Assembly: GCA_041586955.1 (NCBI GenBank)
Contig: JBFGZE010000014.1
Span: 1 to 52,963, forward strand
Source of the DNA: Bacteriovoracaceae bacterium
GTDB lineage: Bacteria > Bdellovibrionota > Bacteriovoracia > Bacteriovoracales > Bacteriovoracaceae
Direction of reading: 5' to 3'
Length of the DNA: 52,963 nt
The notes under the pieces were generated by a model, which worked only from the letters and a program-made list of their open reading frames with translations, did not search any database and had not been told where the DNA came from. Each line of letters starts with the position of its first letter. The first letter of the stretch is position 1. Below are positions 10,415 through 20,030 of the stretch, in pieces. The position numbers and the translations under genes were made by a program.

Positions 10415-12457
10415 ATGAATTTGTTAAAAATTTATATCATTTTTATCTATTTCCTTAATATAGGGTTAGAACGCAGTTACGCTGGGGACGTTATAACTCT
10501 TGCGACTACCGAATGGGAACCTTATATAGGGAAAAATTTATTAAACCAGGGATATGTCCATGAGCTTGTCTCTGAAGCTTTCTCAGAGATCGGCCATGAG
10601 GTTCAGTTTAAATATTTTCCTTTAGCACGGGCCTTTCAAGAAACGAAAGAAGGAAAAGCAGATGGAATGGTACCATTTTTCTTTGATAAAAACCTGTTAA
10701 AGGATTTCGTTTTTTCTGACCCTTTCCCAGGGGGGAATCTTGTTATTTTAAAAAAGAAAACACGTAAAATAACTATTTCTGGAGATCCAAAAAAAAACCT
10801 CTACAAAATTTTAAATAGTTTGAAAAATTATAGAATTGGAATCGTTCGTGGTTCTATTATTGCTCCTGAGTTTGATAATGTTAAATTTTTTAAAAAATAT
10901 TTACTTGATAAAGATATACAAAGTATTGATATGTTAGCGGCCGGTAGAGTCGATCTGATTATTATTGATAAGTTTAGTGCTGCAGATCTTTTGACTAAAG
11001 AAAGACCTCATTTGATCGGGGATTTTGAATTTGTGCGTCCGGAACTGCTCAGTAATTCCTTTTATTTAGCATTTTCAAAAAAATCAAAAAGAAGCGAGGA
11101 GTTTAAAGCTAAATTTAACTTAGGGCTAAAAGAGCTCCAAGGAAGTGGTAAGTTCGCCGCCATTCAATCTAGGCATGGATTATTTTTTTCTCCGAAAAAA
11201 TCTAATGGAAAAATTAACTTGAGCATTGCAACGGTCAATAATCGTGAGATGTTGATCATGCAAAAATTATCTAGAGAGTACGAAAAAAATCATCCTAATA
11301 TCAAAATAGAATGGCAAGTGACTGATGAAAATACAATGCGAACACGTTTACTAAGTGGTTTGGCCATAAATGAAGACCATTTTGACATAATGAGTATTGG
11401 AGAATTTGAAACGTCAATATGGGCAAAAAATAAATGGATAAAACCGTTAATTGATTTCCCTGATCAATACGATCTTGCGGACGTGTTAAAACCGGTTCGT
11501 GAGCGTCTTTCCTATAAAGGAAAACTGTATGCCCTGCCATTTTATGTTGAAAGCTCGATGACCTTTTATCGTAAGGACCTTTTTAAAGCTGCAGGAATAA
11601 AAATGCCTAAGTCACCAACTTATGCAGATATATTGGAATTTGCAAAAAAAATTCATAACCCCCGTAAAAATATTTACGGCATTTGTCTACGGGGGCTACC
11701 TGGGTGGGGGACCAATGTGGGCTATTTGACTACAATGGTAAATACTTTTGGAGGGCGATGGTTTGATGAAAATTGGAATAGCGAAATTCAATCTTCTGAG
11801 TGGAGGTCGGCATTATCATTATACAAAAAATTGCTCACAAAATATGGGCCCCCAAACGTTACCTCTTTAAACTTTAACGAGCTTAAAGATCTTTTTTCTA
11901 ATGGACATTGTGGGATGTGGGTCGATGCCACCGTTGCTGCCGGCACGCTCTTTGACCCTCGGCAATCAAAAGTTCATAAATCTGTAGGCTTTGTCTCGGC
12001 GCCAATTGCAAAAACGAAGAAAGGGGCGCGATGGATGTGGACATGGGCCTTGGCGATATCTTCATCTTCTAAATATCCTAAAGAAGCATTTGATTTTATT
12101 CTTTGGGCCACGTCAAAAGAATATATTAAACTTGTCGCAAAACAAGATGGATGGATTTCAGTTCCCCCTGGGACCCGCCAATCAACCTATGATAATGAAA
12201 ATTATCAAGCTGTCGCACCATTCGCCAATTTTGTCCTCTCATTAATTAAAAATACAAGCTCTGTTGATAATACTTTACTGCCTACGCCCTATAAAGGTAT
12301 TCAGTTTGTGGAAATACCTGAGTACCCTTCAATGGGCACTCGGTTAGGATTAGAAATTGCCAAAGTTCTTAAAGGTGAAATATCTATAGAAGAAGCATTA
12401 AAAAATGGTCACCGGGAAGTCACCAAGCAAATGAAATCCTCTGGCTACATAAAGTAG
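10415..12457 (+). CDS. Fusion of family-3 (amino-acid type) and family-1 (SmoE/MtlE polyol type) solute-binding domains
   Basis: N half 'TTEWEPY...PLARA...GRVDLII...FYLAFSK'; C half 'IATVNN...ICLRGLPGWG...MWVDATVAA...WTWALAI...PPGTRQSTY'. Confidence 0.85.
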   Translation: MNLLKIYIIFIYFLNIGLERSYAGDVITLATTEWEPYIGKNLLNQGYVHELVSEAFSEIGHEVQFKYFPLARAFQETKEGKADGMVPFFFDKNLLKDFVFSDPFPGGNLVILKKKTRKITISGDPKKNLYKILNSLKNYRIGIVRGSIIAPEFDNVKFFKKYLLDKDIQSIDMLAAGRVDLIIIDKFSAADLLTKERPHLIGDFEFVRPELLSNSFYLAFSKKSKRSEEFKAKFNLGLKELQGSGKFAAIQSRHGLFFSPKKSNGKINLSIATVNNREMLIMQKLSREYEKNHPNIKIEWQVTDENTMRTRLLSGLAINEDHFDIMSIGEFETSIWAKNKWIKPLIDFPDQYDLADVLKPVRERLSYKGKLYALPFYVESSMTFYRKDLFKAAGIKMPKSPTYADILEFAKKIHNPRKNIYGICLRGLPGWGTNVGYLTTMVNTFGGRWFDENWNSEIQSSEWRSALSLYKKLLTKYGPPNVTSLNFNELKDLFSNGHCGMWVDATVAAGTLFDPRQSKVHKSVGFVSAPIAKTKKGARWMWTWALAISSSSKYPKEAFDFILWATSKEYIKLVAKQDGWISVPPGTRQSTYDNENYQAVAPFANFVLSLIKNTSSVDNTLLPTPYKGIQFVEIPEYPSMGTRLGLEIAKVLKGEISIEEALKNGHREVTKQMKSSGYIK

Positions 12458-12486
12458 AGAAGTCACAATAAGTACGGATTATTTTT

Positions 12487-13314
12487 TTACAGTTTTTGAT
12501 TAAAAACATGAACATCTCTTTGTGGAAAGGGGATAGACATTCCAGATTGCTCTATTTCTTCTTTGACTTTTTTGGTTAGATCCCAGTGAGTTTGCCAGTA
12601 TTCGTCGACAAGGGTCCAAGCTCTTAGTTGTAAATTAATAGAACTATCTCCCATGGAAATCACCATGGCCTGCGGCGGAGGATCACTTAAGAATCTTGTT
12701 TCCTCTGCCATTATTTTATTTAGAACTTCTAATGCTTTGTCTATAGAATCTGAGTATGAAATCCCCACGACGATATCTAGTCGGCGTTTACCATTTCGAT
12801 GAAAGTTTTTAATGCTACTCCCCCAGATTGTGCCATTCGGAGAGGAGACAAAAAGGCCATCTGGTGTTTCAAGTATTGTCGTAAATAAGTTTATTTCTTT
12901 TACTTTTCCAATTATTGAAGCAAATTCAATAGTTTCATTGACCCGAAAAGGCCTTAGTATGAGAAGCATAATTCCTGCTGCGATATTACTTAAAGTGTCT
13001 TTTAGGGCAAAACCTACCGCCAGGCCGATGGCACCTAGTAGAGCAATTATACTTGCAGTATTAACACCAAAAATATCTAAAATAATAACTGTGCCTATTA
13101 TATAAACTATATATTTTGAAGTCGTACATAAGATTGGTACTAAGGTCGCATCAAGTTGCTCAATTTTATCATTTGCTTTTAAAATAGCTTTTTTAATAAT
13201 CTTTGAAATGATCCAGCAGGATAAAAATACAACAAGCGATAGAAATAAGTTATAGGCCGAATTTAAAATAAGTTCAGAGTGGTCGTGCCAAATTTTGATG
13301 GGGGTATTTTTCAT
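12487..13314 (-). CDS. mscS: Small-conductance mechanosensitive channel
   Basis: 'GAIGLAVGFALKDTLSNIAAG...RPF' and C-terminal 'SIPFPQRDVH'. Confidence 0.93.
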   Translation of the reverse strand: MKNTPIKIWHDHSELILNSAYNLFLSLVVFLSCWIISKIIKKAILKANDKIEQLDATLVPILCTTSKYIVYIIGTVIILDIFGVNTASIIALLGAIGLAVGFALKDTLSNIAAGIMLLILRPFRVNETIEFASIIGKVKEINLFTTILETPDGLFVSSPNGTIWGSSIKNFHRNGKRRLDIVVGISYSDSIDKALEVLNKIMAEETRFLSDPPPQAMVISMGDSSINLQLRAWTLVDEYWQTHWDLTKKVKEEIEQSGMSIPFPQRDVHVFNQKL

Positions 13315-13335
13315 GATTAATCCTTCTCCGCAATT

Positions 13336-14400
13336 CTATAGCCATTTTTTTCTTTTAAAAAATGCAAGCATTCCAATTCCAGTTAAAATTAATACACTCC
13401 AAAATATAAAATAACTATATTTATATTTAAGTTCAGGAATATATTCAAAATTAGTGCCGTAAATACCCGCTATAAAAGTTAACGGGATAAAAGTAACGGA
13501 AAATATTGTTAATATCTTCATTATTTCGTTGAGTTTATTATTTGTCACAGAATCATAGAAATTCAAATAATCGGTGAGTATGACCCCGTATATATCGACT
13601 ATTTCTCTTGCTTGAGTTGAAAGATCGAGAAGATCTTTTAAAAAGGGCGCTGTTTCCTCCTTAAAGAATTCGGTATCAATCTTACATAATTGCAAAATGA
13701 AGTTTTTTGTGGGACGAATAGATTTTCTCAAATAGCTTATTTCTTGCTTGTAGCGATAAATTTTGGTCAAAATTTCCTTTGAAGGGTTGGAGATGAGGTC
13801 GCTTTCTATTTCTTCAATTTTATCACCAAGTTTTCCAATAACTAATAAATAATGATCGATTATTGTATCTAGAAGAGCATAGGCAAGGTAATCACTCGCC
13901 CGTTCTCGTATTCGACCCTTGTTTTTTCGAATTCTATTGATAACTGGTTTAAAAATATCGCTAGATCGCTCTTGAAATGTAATGAGAAATGACCTTCCTA
14001 GTATTAAACTTAATTGTTCACTTTTAATTGTCTCCATCGTCTCATCAAAATTCATAATCTTTAAAATAAAAACCAAATAATCATCATATTCTTCCATCTT
14101 AGGTCTTTGCCCAGTATGTAAAATATCTTCTAAAGTTAAAGGATGAATATTAAAGGCCTCTCCAATTTCGTTTATTAATTTTGTATTATGAATTCCGTAA
14201 ATATTGATCCAAGTAACAGTATGACCTTCGATACAAGAGAGGGCATCTTTTATTGCGGACAAATCTTTTTCAAGAATTGTTTCACTGCCATAGTCTATTA
14301 ATTTTAAGCTCGCTTCATTTACTTTTCTTTCACCGATAAAAATGAGCTCCTCGGGAGCTTTTCCAATAGAGGCCTTTTTGTTTTTTAAAAATCTTGCCAT
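13336..14400 (-). CDS. corA: CorA Mg2+/Co2+ transporter
   Basis: 'HPLTLEDI...QRPKMEEY', 'NEIMKILTIFS...FIPLTFIAGIYGTNF..IPEL' (GMN-type motif here GTN), KKKW end. Confidence 0.93.
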   Translation of the reverse strand: MARFLKNKKASIGKAPEELIFIGERKVNEASLKLIDYGSETILEKDLSAIKDALSCIEGHTVTWINIYGIHNTKLINEIGEAFNIHPLTLEDILHTGQRPKMEEYDDYLVFILKIMNFDETMETIKSEQLSLILGRSFLITFQERSSDIFKPVINRIRKNKGRIRERASDYLAYALLDTIIDHYLLVIGKLGDKIEEIESDLISNPSKEILTKIYRYKQEISYLRKSIRPTKNFILQLCKIDTEFFKEETAPFLKDLLDLSTQAREIVDIYGVILTDYLNFYDSVTNNKLNEIMKILTIFSVTFIPLTFIAGIYGTNFEYIPELKYKYSYFIFWSVLILTGIGMLAFFKRKKWL

Positions 14401-14514
14401 GTTATATTCCTTGACTTCGGTGGATTTTAAAAAATTTATTAGCTAGATGTATTGTTTAGGTTTCAGTTTGTTTGCCCAGTATCAATGCCTCGAGTATGCT
14501 ACGGCACGACCGGG

Positions 14515-16434
14515 TTAGAGTGAGATTTCAAGTATTCCCACCTCTGTCTTCTTTTTGACTAGCTTAGGCCTACAAAATATGATTTGAGGATGAATTGTCG
14601 GCGTATCTGCTATTTCAAGCTTAATTTTTTCTATGCGAGAACTAGCGAGCTTTAAAGTTTCCTCTTTATTGGGAATAGGTGTACCACCCTTTTTTTCTAA
14701 TTCATTAATACTGGCCAAGGGGCAAAGGACAAAATTTAGATTCTTCTTTTTTAATAAAAATTTCTTTAACTTTGTGATCACATCTTTAGATCCTTCTTTG
14801 AGTTGATCAGAATGAGGGTGAAATTCGATATTTTGAAATCTTGGTTTTGTGAGAAATTTATAACTACCACTAACAAGAATGAGTGCATTTCCAGGTGAAA
14901 ATGGGATGCTCGAAACTAAAAGTGGAAGAAATTGCGTCGCCACCTTTGTTGCTATAATGGAGCTCAATTTAGACGAGATGAGTGATCCCAACCCTGCTCG
15001 TAACAATGGCAGAAGGCCAAATTCGGGATTTCGTTCATCTCCGGAGATATCAAATTCTAATTCAATCGCGCCCTTGTCATTCCGGATCAATGATATGGCA
15101 GTTTTTAATGGTAAACTGGTTTCCCCTTTGATTTCCTTCCCTGATTCATCTTCGTCATCGATTGTGAATTGGTTGAAAACTAACTTTGCTTTCCCTTTGC
15201 TTTGGTGGTCTTTTGTCACTAATTGGATATTCAAATTGAGTTTTCCAGACTCAATCTGATACCCCAAGGTTGCTTCAAATGTTTCAGAGAATGGTAATAA
15301 ATTGATATTAAGAAATTGAGCATCCAATCTTTTTTCTTTGTTTATGTAGGATTCTGTGATTTTAATGATTCCACCATTATTATATTCTGCAGAGAGTGTC
15401 ATGGGCTTACTGGTGGCGTCGATGACATGCGGCCTGTAAAACGAGAAGTCTTGTAATTTGATTTTTGAGTTACGCGAGAATTTTTTCTTGCTGTCAAACT
15501 TTTTTTTAGTAATTGATAAAATCAAATTCGTGAACATGACCTCATTCGCATTAAATGTTGTTTCCTTTTTGTTGATCGAGATTTTCGCATCAACTAAGTT
15601 GAGCTTGTGAATAAAATAATCTATCGTATTTAAATCCTTTGAGAATGACTTAAAATCATTCAATGTTAGATTTGTTATGGCATTCAGGCCATTAACATCA
15701 AAACGCATATTAGTTTTTGTATCGAGTTTACCTTCAATCATTCCTAAGTTATCAGGTTGAAAATAGTTGGTGTTCTTGAGGTCAAATCGTTTGGTGAGAA
15801 AGTTAATTTCCCCCGCAGGTGAGGAGAAATAATTATTGATAAACCCATTTATTTCTATTTTAGAATCGTTGAGGCCTAGATTGCCAGAAAATGATGTTTT
15901 TTCTGCACTATCAAAAGTAAACAAATCTTTTATTGTTAATCTTTTTATTTTTAATACCGGACCATCTTTAAATTTGCCCTTAAAGTCATTTATGGCCAGT
16001 TTCTTTATGACGATGTTCCAAGCTACCGGCCTGTCATTGATGGCATTTTTATGTGGTTTTGTTGTCTTTAAATTTTCAATGGTATATCCACTATCATCTT
16101 TTAATATTTGAGTGTCTATTCCATTTATTTTTAATTCCGAAACTTCAAGACGCTTTGTAAGAATATTTTTAATGGATAAGTCGATGAAAATATTTCCTAT
16201 CCTATGTTTGTTACTTAACGATAGCCCCTCAATATGGATCGTTAATCCGATCGGTTCAAAAGCAATTTTTTCTACACGTAACTTAAAACCTGTTTGTTTT
16301 AAAATAATTGGCCTGAGCTTTGATATCGCAAAGTGAGGTAATGCAAACTTGAGCAATAAGTAAGAGCTTAGGGTTATTAAGATAAAGAGAATGAGAAAAT
16401 TAAATTTTTTGATAACATGAAGAACATTAGTCAT
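14515..16434 (-). CDS. DUF748/AsmA-like envelope protein
   Basis: N-terminal membrane anchor, beta-rich body, 'GYQIESGKL', 'SLPLKTAISLIRNDKGAIELEFDISGD..NPEF'. Confidence 0.75.
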   Translation of the reverse strand: MTNVLHVIKKFNFLILFILITLSSYLLLKFALPHFAISKLRPIILKQTGFKLRVEKIAFEPIGLTIHIEGLSLSNKHRIGNIFIDLSIKNILTKRLEVSELKINGIDTQILKDDSGYTIENLKTTKPHKNAINDRPVAWNIVIKKLAINDFKGKFKDGPVLKIKRLTIKDLFTFDSAEKTSFSGNLGLNDSKIEINGFINNYFSSPAGEINFLTKRFDLKNTNYFQPDNLGMIEGKLDTKTNMRFDVNGLNAITNLTLNDFKSFSKDLNTIDYFIHKLNLVDAKISINKKETTFNANEVMFTNLILSITKKKFDSKKKFSRNSKIKLQDFSFYRPHVIDATSKPMTLSAEYNNGGIIKITESYINKEKRLDAQFLNINLLPFSETFEATLGYQIESGKLNLNIQLVTKDHQSKGKAKLVFNQFTIDDEDESGKEIKGETSLPLKTAISLIRNDKGAIELEFDISGDERNPEFGLLPLLRAGLGSLISSKLSSIIATKVATQFLPLLVSSIPFSPGNALILVSGSYKFLTKPRFQNIEFHPHSDQLKEGSKDVITKLKKFLLKKKNLNFVLCPLASINELEKKGGTPIPNKEETLKLASSRIEKIKLEIADTPTIHPQIIFCRPKLVKKKTEVGILEISL

Positions 16435-16660
16435 TTTTGGACCAATGTTTTGAAATCTTCAAAGTCATAATTGCGCCTAAAATAATGCCTAAGAAAATTG
16501 AAACCAAAACTAAATAAAGCTTAGGAATTTGTAGTAACTCCCAAAAGAAAAATTTAATTGAAATAGGTTCAGCATTTTGGATACAAAAGAAAGAAACGAC
16601 AAAAATAATAAGCAAGCTCGTTATGCCTTTTGGCCCGAGAAATGCGATAATTTTTTTCAT
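16427..16660 (-). CDS. LapA-domain small membrane protein
   Basis: 'FCIQNAEPISIKFFFW...P...LVSIFLGIILG'; ATG 16660 preceded by AAGGAG. Confidence 0.75.
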   Translation of the reverse strand: MKKIIAFLGPKGITSLLIIFVVSFFCIQNAEPISIKFFFWELLQIPKLYLVLVSIFLGIILGAIMTLKISKHWSKND

Positions 16661-17406
16661 CCCTGCCGCTCCTTTTAGTTCTTTATGAGATAACGATCGC
16701 ACGTTTATGTTTTTCCTAGCTACCTATAAGTATGAGCTTATAGCATAATTTTGAAAATTAATTAGCCTTTCCCTAATGAAAAGACAAAGGTGATTTAAGA
16801 GGGGATAAATGGAGGCCGTATTTTGGAATTTCTGGCACCTCTTATTGTCATGGAGTTAAAATTCTTTTTAATTTCAGGGTCTTGGAGCTGGATGCAATCT
16901 TAAGAAATGGCGATCAAGCGTACTTATTCCTTGCTTTACTGACGGTACATGTAGATTGTTTTGCAACGAGAGCAGAGCTGGCACATAGAGGCCTTCTTCA
17001 TCCTGACCACTCTTAATCTTAACCATGTGTGCCATTTAAAGACCGTCACTAAAGTACCTGCTTTTCATTGGCCTATATTGGTTAGAGTTACCTCGCTCAA
17101 AAAGGGGTTGGAACTTGACTAATATGGAACGGCCTTTGATAGATAATTTAGTGGACACAAAAACTCCCTAGGAGTACTAATTGTCTATAATAGTAGTTCA
17201 TATTATGCCCTGAATACTATTAACATTAGCTTATGTTCTCAGCTCGCCAAGCTTTGGTTACTAGATGTAAAGAGATTTTTTGGCCTAGAAAGTCTTTGAA
17301 AAACACTGGATGAAGTAATGCCCACATTAGTTGGGCCTACGGCACGTAAAATTATTTTGGATGCAGTTGTTTCATCTCAAAGTAATTTTCTGAGGGTAAA
17401 AACACA

Positions 17407-18654
17407 ATGACTATTTTGATTTGGGCATCATTTGTGGTTGTTATAATTGCCCTCCTGGCAATTGACCTAGGCCTATTTCATAGGAAACCACATGAAATAC
17501 TCCCCAAAGAAGCTCTTGTCTTGAGTTTTTTTTGGCTTGCAACGGCCTTGTTATTCAATGGCCTAGTGTATCTTATCTATGAGCAGAATTGGGCAAGTGT
17601 ACCAAGCAGTGATCAAATCTCCGGAGCAAAGGCCGCAACTCTTTTTTTTACAGGCTATATCGTTGAGAAATCGTTAAGCATTGATAATATTTTTGTCATT
17701 GCAATGATATTTTCTTTTTTTAACATTCCTCTAAAGCATCAGCATCGATTACTTTTCTGGGGTGTGTTTGGCGCGATTATATTGAGAGCAATAATGATTT
17801 TTGCAGGAATTACTTTAATACAAAAGTTTTCTTGGTTAAATTACGTCCTTGGCACGCTGCTCATAATAACGGCAATTAAAATGCTCATTATAAGACATGA
17901 TAATATCGATCCCAACAGTACTATAATAATAAAGATTGTTAGAAAGTTCTTGCGTGAGTCGGCCCACTCTGACGGAGCGAAATTATTGACAAGGATTGAT
18001 GGCGAAAAAGCTATTACGCCTATGGGAATGGCCTTTGTTTTAATTGGAGCGTTTGGTCTTCTTTTTGCGGTTGATTCTGTTCCTGCAGTGATGGCCATTA
18101 CACTAGATCCCTTTATTATATTTACAACGAATGTATTTGCAATGCTGGGGTTGAGATCTCTTTATTTTGCTTTAGCGGGAATGATGGATCGGTTTCGTTT
18201 TATAAAGATAAGCCTTGTTTATGTACTTACATTTGTTGGAGTCAAAATAATGATGTCTAATCATTATCTAATAAGTCCCATGTTTTCCCTTTTTGTAATA
18301 TTAGGAATTTTATCTGTCGGGGTTATTGCATCTATAACTTCAGGAAAAAGTGACACGATGGCATTGAAATCACCTATCGAATCAGAGTTGGCGCGACTAT
18401 CAAACTTAACTTTAAGAACCATTAAAAAAATCATTATTCTTGTTGTAGGTTCAACTCTTTTATTGCTCGGTACTCTAATGATTATTACTCCTGGCCCAGG
18501 AGTCCCTATTATGATTGTAGGGTTGCTTATCTTGGGAACGGAATTTGTGTGGGCAAAAACCTGGCTTACAAAGGTCAAGTCTACTCTCAAGAACGCTGGA
18601 ACCAAAGCAAGGAAGGTTTTACGTATGGATGAAATGAATAAGGAGAAATTTTAA
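17407..18654 (+). CDS. TerC/Alx family membrane protein with C-terminal PGPGW domain
   Basis: 'FFTGYIVEKSLSIDNIFV', 'QHRLLFWGVFGA', 'FAVDSVPA', 'NVFAMLGLRSLYF'; C-terminal 'TPGPG...GLLILGTEFVWAK'. Confidence 0.9.
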   Translation: MTILIWASFVVVIIALLAIDLGLFHRKPHEILPKEALVLSFFWLATALLFNGLVYLIYEQNWASVPSSDQISGAKAATLFFTGYIVEKSLSIDNIFVIAMIFSFFNIPLKHQHRLLFWGVFGAIILRAIMIFAGITLIQKFSWLNYVLGTLLIITAIKMLIIRHDNIDPNSTIIIKIVRKFLRESAHSDGAKLLTRIDGEKAITPMGMAFVLIGAFGLLFAVDSVPAVMAITLDPFIIFTTNVFAMLGLRSLYFALAGMMDRFRFIKISLVYVLTFVGVKIMMSNHYLISPMFSLFVILGILSVGVIASITSGKSDTMALKSPIESELARLSNLTLRTIKKIIILVVGSTLLLLGTLMIITPGPGVPIMIVGLLILGTEFVWAKTWLTKVKSTLKNAGTKARKVLRMDEMNKEKF

Positions 18655-19568
18655 TGACAATTTTTAAAAGAGTTTTTTTGTTCATAGCAATCAATGCTCT
18701 TGTGTTGATCACAATCTCGATGCTGACATCGGCATTGGGAATTCGGCCCTATTTAGGACAAATTGGCATTGATTATGAATCGTTATTGGTTTTTTGTCTT
18801 GCTTGGGGTTTTGGAGGAGCATTTATATCACTAGCTATTTCGAGAATGATGGCAAAGTGGATGATGGGTGTTCAAATGATATCTCCTGGGAGTCGTGCCC
18901 CTCATTTACGTGAAATATATCAAATGGTTGAAACTTATTCCAAAAAGGCGGGGCTGCCAGTAACCCCTGAAGTCGGCATTTATGAGTCACCTGAAATGAA
19001 TGCATTTGCTACTGGACCTACGAGACGTCATGCCCTGGTTGCGGTCTCGACAGGTCTTATCGAAAAAATGGACTCGAGGTCAATCAGTGGTGTGATTGCT
19101 CACGAGGTGGCCCATATTGCAAATGGTGATATGGTCACCATGACTTTATTACAAGGGGTTGTGAATGCCTTTGTTATGTTTCTTGCAAGGGTCGTTGCCC
19201 AAATTATTTCAGGTAGCATCTCTAGGAATAATCACTCTAGTAGCGGCATAGCATCAACGGGAATCTATTTTGTAATAGTTATTGTATTGGAAATGGTTTT
19301 TATGATTTTAGGTTCAATCATTGTTGCTGGCTTTTCTCGATTTCGAGAGTTTAGGGCCGATGCTGGAGGAGCATCACTCGCGGGAAAAACTGCGATGATT
19401 TCAGCTCTGACATCTCTTAAGAGAGAATACTTAAAAGTGGTTGGTACTGAAAAAAGATCGGGGGTTCAATTTTTAATGATTTCTGGGAAAAGCAATCTTC
19501 TTTTTCGGCTATTTGCGACGCATCCTCCATTAGAAAAAAGAATTCAAAAACTAACACAAGGTTATTAA
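18654..19568 (+). CDS. htpX: Protease HtpX (M48 zinc metalloprotease)
   Basis: 'NAFATG', HEVAH, 'NGDMVTMTLLQGVVNAF', 'FSRFREFRAD', 'THPPLEKRI'; TAATG overlap with the terC stop. Confidence 0.95.
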   Translation: MTIFKRVFLFIAINALVLITISMLTSALGIRPYLGQIGIDYESLLVFCLAWGFGGAFISLAISRMMAKWMMGVQMISPGSRAPHLREIYQMVETYSKKAGLPVTPEVGIYESPEMNAFATGPTRRHALVAVSTGLIEKMDSRSISGVIAHEVAHIANGDMVTMTLLQGVVNAFVMFLARVVAQIISGSISRNNHSSSGIASTGIYFVIVIVLEMVFMILGSIIVAGFSRFREFRADAGGASLAGKTAMISALTSLKREYLKVVGTEKRSGVQFLMISGKSNLLFRLFATHPPLEKRIQKLTQGY

Positions 19569-19584
19569 TAACATAGGGGTTTAT

Positions 19585-19977
19585 ATGAAAAGTAACCAGG
19601 AAGAAATTAATTTTATTAATGCCGCAGGCGCCGTCTATGCCTGGATGTGTGCTTGCGATGGTAATGTAACGGCTGATGAAAGTGAAGGATTTGCTGAGTA
19701 CTTGAATCATTCATCGTATGTCAACAGTATTACGCATAAAGATTTTGTACAGGCCTACTCTGAAATTTTACACGCTTTTGAAGCCGATTTCGATGATGGC
19801 TATAATCGAACTCTGGCCTTAATTGGGCCTTTCAAATCAAATAAAAAATTTGCTATTGAATTGGTTAAAATTGCACGAGAAGCTTTAGTTGCAGATGAAA
19901 AACTTGAAGAGGTTGAGGAAAATGTGATTAGAGAACTTTGCACAATCCTTGCGATTAATGAGGATGACGTAAAGTAA
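19585..19977 (+). CDS. TerB-family protein
   Basis: Paired motifs 'ACDGNVTADE' and 'ADEKLEEVEENVIRELCTILAI'. Confidence 0.8.
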   Translation: MKSNQEEINFINAAGAVYAWMCACDGNVTADESEGFAEYLNHSSYVNSITHKDFVQAYSEILHAFEADFDDGYNRTLALIGPFKSNKKFAIELVKIAREALVADEKLEEVEENVIRELCTILAINEDDVK

Positions 19978-20030
19978 TTCGTTTTCGCATGGAAGACGAG
20001 GCCTAAAATAGGGCAATTTACGTGGGCCCT

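Noticed and set aside
17160..17406. yybP-ykoY Mn riboswitch expected upstream of terC/alx
   Set aside because: The conserved GGGGAGUA and CAAGACC/GAGACC elements could not be found in the proper arrangement
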